Assembly: GCA_963756875.1 (NCBI GenBank)
Contig: CAVWPA010000002.1
Span: 32,001-96,000, forward strand
DNA: 64,000 nt
Direction: 5' to 3'
From: an uncultured Verrucomicrobiae bacterium
GTDB lineage: Bacteria > Verrucomicrobiota > Verrucomicrobiia > Chthoniobacterales > UBA10450
The notes under the pieces are model-generated. The model did not search any database. It was not told where the DNA came from and saw nothing but the letters and a program-made list of their open reading frames with translations. The translations under genes were made by a program, and so were the position numbers. This document shows, piece after piece, positions 9,355-16,796 of this stretch. Position 1 is the stretch's first letter. Each line of letters starts with the position of its first letter.

Positions 9355-10812
9355 TTACTTTGCAATGCAGACGTTTTTTGCTTCGGTGAAAAACCGGAGT
9401 GCTTCCTCACCGCCTTCGCGGCCCACGCCGCTTTGCTTCATCCCGCCAAACGGGACGCGCAGATCGCGCACGAGCCAGCAGTTTACCCAGACCGTCCCTG
9501 TGTGAATCCGTTCGGCGACGCGATGCGCGCGATTGAGGTTTTGCGTCCAGACACTGGAGGCCAGGCCGTAGTCGGTGTCGTTGGCGTAACCGATCACTTC
9601 TTCTTCGGAGTCGAACGGCGTAATGGTGACCACCGGTCCGAAAATTTCTTCGCGATTTGTGCGGCATGAGACCGGCAAATCGGTGATCACAGTTGGCGGG
9701 AAAAAATAACCGCCGCGGCACCGATCGCTGATCGATTCCGGTGCCCGACCGCCGAGCACGACCTGGCCGCCTTCTTTCAGCGCGAGATTGACATAGAACT
9801 GCACTTTATCGAGTTGCGTCTTGCTCACGATCGCGCCTTGCTCGGTTTTTTCGTCGAGCGGATCGCCGAGTCGCAACTGCGACGCCTTGTCAACAAAGCG
9901 ATCGACAAAATTCTTGTAAGCCGAGCGCTCGACGAAAACCCGCGAGCCGCATAGACAGACCTGTCCCTGGTTTGCGAACGACGAACGCACACTGCCGGCG
10001 ATTGCCGCGTCGAGGTCGGCGTCCGCGAAGATGATGTTTGGGTTTTTGCCACCGAGCTCCAATGAAACTTTTTTGAACAACGGCGCGCACGTCTCCGCCA
10101 CTTTGCGGCCGGTCACAGTGCCGCCGGTGAACGAGATCGTGTTGATCTTCGGATGCGCGGTGATTGCGGCGCCGACGCTCGGTCCGGTGCCCTGCACAAC
10201 GTTGAGCACACCGTTCGGCAGACCGGCTTCACGGACGATTTCGCACAGCAGAAACGCCGTCATCGGCGTCAGCTCGCTTGGCTTGGCGATGGCGGTATTG
10301 CCGACCGCGATCGCAGGCGCGATTTTCCAGCTCAATAAATAAAGCGGCAGGTTCCATGGCGAAATTAAGCCGGCGATGCCGCGCGGCTGGCGCAGCGTGT
10401 AGTTGAAGGCGACGTTGTCGGTAACGTGCGCTTCGGATTCGGTGTGAAGAATCGCCGTCGCGAAGAACCGGAAATTGCTGGCGGCGCGCGGAATGTCGAG
10501 TGTGCGCGCGAGCGAAAGCGGTTTGCCGGTGTCGATGGACTCGGCCCGCGCGAGTTTGTCGAGATCGCGCTCAATCAGGTCGGCAATGCGCAGGAGAATC
10601 CGCGATCGCTCAGCCGCCGGTGTGCGCGACCAATCTACGAACGCTTTCTCCGCTGCGGCTACTGCAAGATCGACATCGCGCGCGTTGCTGTCGGCGACCT
10701 GCGAATACGGTTTCCCGGTCGCCGGTTCGATGTTGTCGAGATATTTTCCGCCAACCGGCTCGACGAACTGGCCATCGATGAAATTGCGGATCTGAAGCGG
10801 CTCGGTATGCAC
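9355..10812 (-). CDS. Aldehyde dehydrogenase, 2-aminomuconate/2-hydroxymuconate semialdehyde dehydrogenase (ALDH8-like) subfamily
   Basis: 'DIPRAASNFRFFA', 'ISPWNLPLYLLSWKIAPA', 'LELGGKN', 'NQGQVCLCGSR', 'WVNCWLVRDLRVPFGG'; probable GTG start at 10812. Confidence 0.85.
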   Translation of the reverse strand: MHTEPLQIRNFIDGQFVEPVGGKYLDNIEPATGKPYSQVADSNARDVDLAVAAAEKAFVDWSRTPAAERSRILLRIADLIERDLDKLARAESIDTGKPLSLARTLDIPRAASNFRFFATAILHTESEAHVTDNVAFNYTLRQPRGIAGLISPWNLPLYLLSWKIAPAIAVGNTAIAKPSELTPMTAFLLCEIVREAGLPNGVLNVVQGTGPSVGAAITAHPKINTISFTGGTVTGRKVAETCAPLFKKVSLELGGKNPNIIFADADLDAAIAGSVRSSFANQGQVCLCGSRVFVERSAYKNFVDRFVDKASQLRLGDPLDEKTEQGAIVSKTQLDKVQFYVNLALKEGGQVVLGGRAPESISDRCRGGYFFPPTVITDLPVSCRTNREEIFGPVVTITPFDSEEEVIGYANDTDYGLASSVWTQNLNRAHRVAERIHTGTVWVNCWLVRDLRVPFGGMKQSGVGREGGEEALRFFTEAKNVCIAK

Positions 10813-10960
10813 GGGAAAAGCAAACTTTAAACGCCCAACGCTCAACGTCCAACGCCGAACGTCGAATGCGGAGGGATCGTAAAACCGTTCGTCGCGGCGA
10901 GCTATTTTTGCAGCGAAGAATACTACAACATTATCGAATTTGTCGTACACTTGCGAGTAT

Positions 10961-11179
10961 ATGAAACAGCTTCAATTCATGGGCTTGATCGTTTGTGCCG
11001 CGGTTTTTGTCGGTTGCGAGAGCACCCAGACCGCGGGGACGGGGAACCAGGAACAAAAACGCCTCGCGGCGGTGCAACAGGAACGCCACATGGAGCATCC
11101 GGACGAAGCGGAGGGGAATCTCTGGAGCGCCCAGAAAAATAGTTTGAACAGGGACGGCGATCCGATACGGAATTACTAA
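10961..11179 (+). CDS. Small hypothetical lipoprotein
   Basis: 'MKQLQFMGLIVCAAVFVGC' signal peptide with lipobox, then a hydrophilic tail. Confidence 0.65.
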   Translation: MKQLQFMGLIVCAAVFVGCESTQTAGTGNQEQKRLAAVQQERHMEHPDEAEGNLWSAQKNSLNRDGDPIRNY

Positions 11180-11350
11180 GGAAAGCGCCCAATTACGCCT
11201 TGGGCTAAGCCTGCCAGGTGGATGCCGGATCCTGGATTTTTGGATATCGACTGCCGACCTCCGCCGTGCGTGGAGGCAACCGGTCCGGCAGCGAATCGAC
11301 GTCGGCCTTGGCAATTGGTGATTCCGCGGCATATTTTGGCCCGAAATTTT

Positions 11351-11438
11351 GGTGAGGTGGCTGAGTGGTCGAAAGCAGCGCTTTGCTAAAGCGCCGTACC
11401 CCAAAAGGGTACCGAGGGTTCGAATCCCTCCCTCACCG
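11351..11438 (+). tRNA. tRNA-Ser(GCT)
   Basis: GGTGAGG/CCTCACC acceptor stem, anticodon arm GCGCT-TTGCTAA-AGCGC, long variable arm, GGTTCGAATCC T-arm; CCA not encoded. Confidence 0.95.
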
Positions 11439-11697
11439 CGCTTACTTTTCACAATGAAGGTAACAATATAACGCAGACGGGATCGATCCTCCTTTCTCGT
11501 TCCTGTGGCCCCGCAAGTCGCGTTTTTATCCGCAGGGAGTGTCAGGGGCCGATGACGGATTTACGAATCTTGGCGGTGGAAGGCTAGGGCGGAGAAACTG
11601 TCAGCGTCTAAGCGTATACAGATCGGAAAGAAGGCAGCCGCGTCCCGCTGGAAAAAGAAGGAGTTGACATTATTCCTGACAGTAATAATGCTCCGAG

Positions 11698-12051
11698 ATG
11701 TGGCAAATCGAGCCAACCGACCGTTTTGACCACGAGGAGCATTATTATCAGAAGAAGCGTCCCCGTGAATTAGCCGCCGTGTATAATAACTTAGATAGAT
11801 ACGTAGCTCAGTTAAACTGCTCACAGAGAATAGCTTGTGTTCAAGGAGGTTATTTACATAATGAAGGAGGACGCGTCGTGGCCCTCGACCAGCGCGGCAC
11901 GAAAGGCGCTGATCAGCTAGAGGAGACCCGGCTTTATACTTTTGCAGACGAAAGAGAAAAAGTGGTATATCTTATAACAATAGGGAATAAAAAGGAGCAA
12001 TCCTCCGACATAAAGATAAGCAAACAGTTTGTATCGGAGAATTTCCCCTAA
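11698..12051 (+). CDS. Putative RelE/HigB-like toxin (addiction-module killer-like)
   Basis: 117 aa. 'RLYTFAD...VVYLITIGNKKEQSSDIKISK' resembles the C-terminus of HI1419/Gp49-type RelE-fold toxins. Lies directly upstream of an XRE protein. Confidence 0.55.
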   Translation: MWQIEPTDRFDHEEHYYQKKRPRELAAVYNNLDRYVAQLNCSQRIACVQGGYLHNEGGRVVALDQRGTKGADQLEETRLYTFADEREKVVYLITIGNKKEQSSDIKISKQFVSENFP

Positions 12052-12079
12052 GATCGACCAACTATAAGGACTAAAGAAA

Positions 12080-12706
12080 ATGAGCACGACCGAGGCAGAG
12101 CCAAAAGCGATGACGCCAAAGCGCACGGGAAAGCGTTTCGGTGGCGTCGGAAAGTTTTTAAAACAGAGGAATACCGCAGCGGAGGTAAGTAATCACTTCC
12201 GCGAAATGAAGGGGGACACTACTGTCACCCGACGGCTCGCGTGCATGCGAGCGATGGCCGGACTAACCCAGGAAGAGATGGCAGAGCGGCTGGGGGTCAC
12301 TCAAGGCTGTGTGTCCAAGTGGGAAAGCGGACTGGATGAGGAATTAACACTAAAGGTAATAGCGGACTATGCTCGCGCCACAGATGAGCGCATTGGCCTA
12401 TGCGTCGGAAAGCCAATGACTCATGTTGAGGCTGTGAAAGCCTATGCATTTGGGCTCCGCGATCGCCTTCGTGCTCTGGCTGGCATCGCGCAAGACAATT
12501 CACAGTTAGAACAATACATCCAAGCATTCTTCGGAGAGGCGTTTTTCAACCTTCTTAACATCTTCGAGACTTGCCAAAAAGAGATGCCCGGAAAAGAAGA
12601 CTTTGAGATTCGCGTCCTCGTAAATGCGCCATCTGATCATAAGGCGAATCCGGGACGACCAAAGCTAGAGAACGCCGTCCAGCGGTCGCGTGAGTTAGTA
12701 GCGTAA
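12080..12706 (+). CDS. XRE-family HTH protein with an extra C-terminal helical region; putative antitoxin
   Basis: 'LACMRAMAGLTQEEMAERLGVTQGCVSKWESG' is a Cro/C1-type HTH. Confidence 0.8.
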   Translation: MSTTEAEPKAMTPKRTGKRFGGVGKFLKQRNTAAEVSNHFREMKGDTTVTRRLACMRAMAGLTQEEMAERLGVTQGCVSKWESGLDEELTLKVIADYARATDERIGLCVGKPMTHVEAVKAYAFGLRDRLRALAGIAQDNSQLEQYIQAFFGEAFFNLLNIFETCQKEMPGKEDFEIRVLVNAPSDHKANPGRPKLENAVQRSRELVA

Positions 12707-13096
12707 CGGCCCGAAAAGCAGCCAGCAGGCGTCTGGCCAAAGATTGCAATTTGCGCACAGTTCACCTGGGCTTGTTGGGTTTCATTCGCCGTTGATCGGC
12801 GGATTGTTGCATTGATCTGACGGAATTCTCGGCGCAGATTGTTCAATCCATACTTGATTCATTTCATTTGCCGTTTCATGGGTTAGAACTTGAACCGCCC
12901 AACGCCTAAGCATGTCGAGACGCTTGGCAATTACGTTCATGGTAGAAAGAAGCCGGGTGTTCGCGGACTTCCAGTTGCTTGCGTGAGGCTCGGCGTCAGG
13001 CTTTAGCAGAGATCTTGGAGCATCCCGGCGCACGCGGTGAGTTTTGTCGCTCCGAAAAGATTCGCGAGTAAACAACGGGTCAGATAAAAGAATGCA

Positions 13097-13444
13097 ATGA
13101 GTTCTTTACTGTTCTTGGCTATTGATGATTCAACGGCAGGGTTCGCCGGTGCTGGCATAGTTGTCCTTTTAATTGGCGTGGTCGGGCTGATCATCGCAAT
13201 CGCGTGGATTGTCTTCCCGTTCATCGTGGTGAGCAAATGCAACGAGATGATAAAGCTTTTGACTCGCATCGAATCGTTATCCAAGTCTGCAATTCTGCAG
13301 CACCCCGACGAAGAAAATTCGCGAACCGGGAACAAAACTGGGAAAGAGTTATTGTCCGGAGTCGCGGGCATTCGCGAAGCGGGCAATGAAATCAGCAAGG
13401 CTCTGCAGTGGATGATCGATAATTGGAAGGTGGGAGCGACGTGA
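13097..13444 (+). CDS. Hypothetical membrane protein
   Basis: Long hydrophobic helix 'GIVVLLIGVVGLIIAIAWIVFPFIVV' followed by a soluble helical tail. Confidence 0.55.
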   Translation: MSSLLFLAIDDSTAGFAGAGIVVLLIGVVGLIIAIAWIVFPFIVVSKCNEMIKLLTRIESLSKSAILQHPDEENSRTGNKTGKELLSGVAGIREAGNEISKALQWMIDNWKVGAT

Positions 13445-13642
13445 GTGATGGCGACCTCGATTGAACACCTATGAAATCCGCCCGCGCAAGGATCGGGCGT
13501 GGCTTTGCCCTTGTCGATGTGACCGTTTTCGCAGGAGCAGTTTTTCATTTAGCGGGCGAGCACGGCGTGATTATCTCTATTCTTTCTTTCTCCGATGGGA
13601 AGAGAGAAGGCGCTAGGCGACGAAATGCGCCAACCCAATCAC

Positions 13643-14670
13643 TCAAGAATGTTTTTTCCGACGCCAGACCAACAATGCCCCAACACTCAGTATGCCGGCC
13701 AGGATCCCCGTAGGCTCAGGGACAGCCGCCACTCGAAAACCCAAGATGTAGTTCTCGTCCGTCGGATCGTAGAGGTTGGTGCGGGACAGACGACTGCAGG
13801 GAGTCCGCGGAGTTGGCCCACGAGCCGCCCCGCAGGCCGCGCGACGAGCCAATAACAGCCTCGTTCCATTCCCAGGCGTTGCCGCCCTGATCAAATGTGC
13901 CGTAGGCACTGGCCGAGCCACTGTAAGCACCTCCCGGTGTAAGGTAATTCTGTGAGCTACTGTAGCTGCCGCTCTGGGTCACCGAGTAAACTCCGTTATT
14001 ATAATTGGCCTGGTTCGGAGATGAACCGACCATGTTGCCCGGCGCCGAATTGCTCTGGGTCGGGTAGAGCCAATAACCGCCCGTGCCGCCGTTGAGCGTG
14101 GGATCGTAATACGCCGCTTTATACCACTCGTTCTCGCTCGGAATCACCCATGTAAATCCGGCGTTCCTGCTAACGCTAACGCCGCTTGTCATCCCATTCA
14201 GCGTGTAAGCGCCGGTCTCCTGTACTGCCCGCCACTTCCCCAAGGCCCGAGGGCTGGCCGTTGTCCAACCAGTTTGTAAACCGGGCCGCATCAAACCAGC
14301 TCACGTATGTCACCGGCCGGTTTCCATCGCCGATCACAGAATAGGTGTAGCTCCCGCTGCTGTTCGCCCGCGAAATGCCCGCAATGTTCAGGTTCCCAGT
14401 CCCAACCCCATTGTCCGACCCCATGTTCGCATTCCAGAGCGAATAAGTGTCTGTTGCCGCCACCGCATTCAGGAAGGCGGTGTATTGCAACAGCGACACC
14501 TCGTAGGTGCCAATGTCGTAAGTGTAACTGACTGCGCCATAACCAGTGGTATCCACGACATTGCCGGGGTTGCCGACGGTAACTGTGTCGATTGTGATCG
14601 TGGCATGGGCGCTTAGGGGCGCCAGCACAACGGCGAAGAGTGCCGCGATGAGTCTGTCGATCCTGATGAT
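13643..14670 (-). CDS. Formylglycine-generating-enzyme (SUMF1/FGE-sulfatase) family PEP-CTERM protein; frameshifted, no canonical start seen
   Basis: 'IGTYEVSLLQYTAFLNAV', 'PVTYVSWFDAARFTNWL', 'IPSENEWYKAAYY', 'DQGGNAWEW', 'RGGSW', 'LGFRVAAVPEP'+TM+'RRKK'. Extra bases near 14220 and 13784. Confidence 0.8.
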
Positions 14671-14855
14671 TGGGCTTATATCAGATGCGACCTTACATAG
14701 TCAAGACTTTTACCTCGATTCTGAGATAAAGAACGGGAGCGCCTGCCAGTAGGTGACGCTCCTGTTCGCGCTCGCCATGCTCCACGCCATTTTGGAATGG
14801 CGGAACGCTGACAGCGTCCTCTACAGTTTATATTAGGGATGCATTTTATGCGGCG

Positions 14856-16031
14856 ATGATCAGCGAAGAAAAAGCGCGCGCGAAAATTTTTGAGACGATC
14901 CGGTTATTGCCGGTGCGTCAGGTTTCGCTTGCGGATGGTCTCGATTGTTTTGCCGGGGAAGATTATTTCGCGCGATTGCCGCTGCCCAATTTCGACAACT
15001 CCGCGATGGATGGTTATGCCGTCATCGCCAGTGATTGTCAGCCGGGCAAAGCGTTGCGCGTGATCGGCGAACAGCCGGCCGGCGTGGACCGGCAACTCCG
15101 CGTTTCCGCGGGAGAGACGATTCGAATTTTCACCGGTGCGCCGATGCCCGCAGGCGCGGACGCGGTTGTGATGCAGGAAGATGTCATCCGCAAAGGAGAC
15201 GAGATCGTTGTGAATGAAAAAGTCGATCCTGGCGAGTTCGTCCGGCAGCGAGGCTGCGATCTGGGTGAGGGCCAGAAAATTCTTGGGGCAGGCGAGCGAA
15301 TCCGCGCAGGCACAGTTGCTTTACTTGCATCCCAGGGTCTTGGAAAAGTTGCCGTCGGCGGCCAAGCGCGCGTCGGGATTATCTCGACTGGCGATGAATT
15401 GGCGAAGCCCGGGGAAGACTTGCGGCCCGGACAAATTTACGAGAGCAATTCCTTGTTACTGCAATCGTTGCTGCGGCTCTGCGGGGCGGTTGTCGCATCG
15501 ACTCAATATTGCGGCGACAATGAGGATTCCTTGCGCAAGGCATTTCAGGCAGGAGCTAAAAACGAAATTCTGATCGTTACCGGCGGGGTCTCGGTGGGCG
15601 AACACGATCTGGTCCAGTCGGTCCTGCGAGCCCTTGGAGCGCAGATCGATGTCTGGCGGGTTGCGATCAAACCGGGCAAGCCATTTCTCTTTGGCCGCGT
15701 TGGAGAATGCGCTGTTTTTGGTTTACCGGGAAATCCGGTCTCGGCTTTTGTCACGTTTCTGCGATTCGTGCGTCCGGCGATTTTAAGAATGATGGGTGCG
15801 CGAAATCTCGATCTGCCGAAAATGCAGGCGAAATTGCTGGTCGATCTGATGAACGACGGTGATCGCGTTCATTATATCCGCGGTAAAGCCGAAGCCGGAA
15901 ATTTTGCGCCGGCCGGCCGCCAGGAATCGCACGCGCTTTTCGGCCTGAGTCAGGCAAACGCGCTGCTCCGGCTGGCGGTCGGCGAATCGCGACGAAGCGG
16001 AGAGATGGTCGAGATTGAAGCGTGGGATTGA
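14856..16031 (+). CDS. moeA: Molybdopterin molybdotransferase
   Basis: 'PNFDNSAMDGYA', 'IFTGAPMPAGADAVVMQE', 'STGDEL', 'GGVSVG', 'KPGKP', 'GLPGNPVS'. Confidence 0.95.
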   Translation: MISEEKARAKIFETIRLLPVRQVSLADGLDCFAGEDYFARLPLPNFDNSAMDGYAVIASDCQPGKALRVIGEQPAGVDRQLRVSAGETIRIFTGAPMPAGADAVVMQEDVIRKGDEIVVNEKVDPGEFVRQRGCDLGEGQKILGAGERIRAGTVALLASQGLGKVAVGGQARVGIISTGDELAKPGEDLRPGQIYESNSLLLQSLLRLCGAVVASTQYCGDNEDSLRKAFQAGAKNEILIVTGGVSVGEHDLVQSVLRALGAQIDVWRVAIKPGKPFLFGRVGECAVFGLPGNPVSAFVTFLRFVRPAILRMMGARNLDLPKMQAKLLVDLMNDGDRVHYIRGKAEAGNFAPAGRQESHALFGLSQANALLRLAVGESRRSGEMVEIEAWD

Positions 16032-16183
16032 AGATGTTGCAGTCGTTCCGCTCGGGTTGCACGCCGAAGCTTTACGAAGGCGCTCGGAGAGCACGGCAAC
16101 CCGCCTCCGCCAAGGCTCCGGCGCGGCAGGCAAAGCGCCGTGGCTACAAATTGCGCGAGGAGCTGAGATCCGCGGCTACAAGT

Positions 16184-16211
16184 TTGACAGGCTGCGCGCG
16201 CATTTTAGCTT
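16184..16211 (+). promoter_or_regulatory. Putative sigma70-type promoter for the MarR gene (likely leaderless)
   Basis: TTGACA-N16-TAGCTT, ending 7 nt before the TTG at 16219. Confidence 0.45.
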
Positions 16212-16218
16212 AAGCCCG

Positions 16219-16692
16219 TTGAAGACGGAAACGGGCACATTGGGACGACGTCAGGCCGATCCAGCTCGGGCCGATGTAGAACAGCTCTCTCATATCATCC
16301 TGGAGATGCAGCGTTGTTTCGTGCTGCATTTGTGCAAGGAGCTCACGCCCGGTGGCGTTTCGTTTCCGCAATTTTTTCTTCTGACCTATCTCGACCGCAA
16401 GGAAGTCCTCACGATGTCGGCGATTGCGCAGAAAATGGGTCACACCACGGCTGCGGCGAGCGGATTAGTGGCGCGGCTGGAGAACCTTGGTTACGTGGTA
16501 CGCTCCATTGCGCGCGAGGACCGGCGTAAAGTCATGGTTTGCATCACGACAAAAGGCTCCGCGTTGGTGCGTCGGATTCGTGAAGAAATGATGGGCAATC
16601 TCACGAAAATCATGGAATACCTCACGCCGGACGAGCAGAAGGCGTGGTTGCACATTTACAGCAAAATTTATGATTACTGCCAATCGAAATGA
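16219..16692 (+). CDS. MarR family transcriptional regulator
   Basis: 'VSFPQFFLLTYL...TMSAIAQKMG...SGLVARLENLGYVVR...EDRRKVMVCITTKG'; start uncertain. Confidence 0.9.
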   Translation: MKTETGTLGRRQADPARADVEQLSHIILEMQRCFVLHLCKELTPGGVSFPQFFLLTYLDRKEVLTMSAIAQKMGHTTAAASGLVARLENLGYVVRSIAREDRRKVMVCITTKGSALVRRIREEMMGNLTKIMEYLTPDEQKAWLHIYSKIYDYCQSK

Positions 16693-16796
16693 TTTTCATT
16701 CAATCGGCGGCAGTGCTAAGACCTAACCGTAAAAAGCGCCTGGTTTGAATCCGGGCGCCGACTTCGCGCATCTAATCTTTGGCTCTTACAGTCGTA

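Noticed and set aside
10931..11452. 173-aa minus-strand ORF
   Set aside because: Overlaps tRNA-Ser and the lipoprotein gene in antisense.
12637..13075. Short minus-strand ORFs in the island
   Set aside because: No recognisable motifs or start signals; probably decayed or non-coding DNA.
13471..13713. ORF with prepilin-like 'RGFALVD' start
   Set aside because: Lacks the Glu5 and a continuous hydrophobic helix, and runs into the convergent PEP-CTERM gene; at most a relic.
11420..14850. attL/attR pair or prophage at tRNA-Ser
   Set aside because: No second copy of the tRNA 3' end found by eye; no integrase or phage genes.
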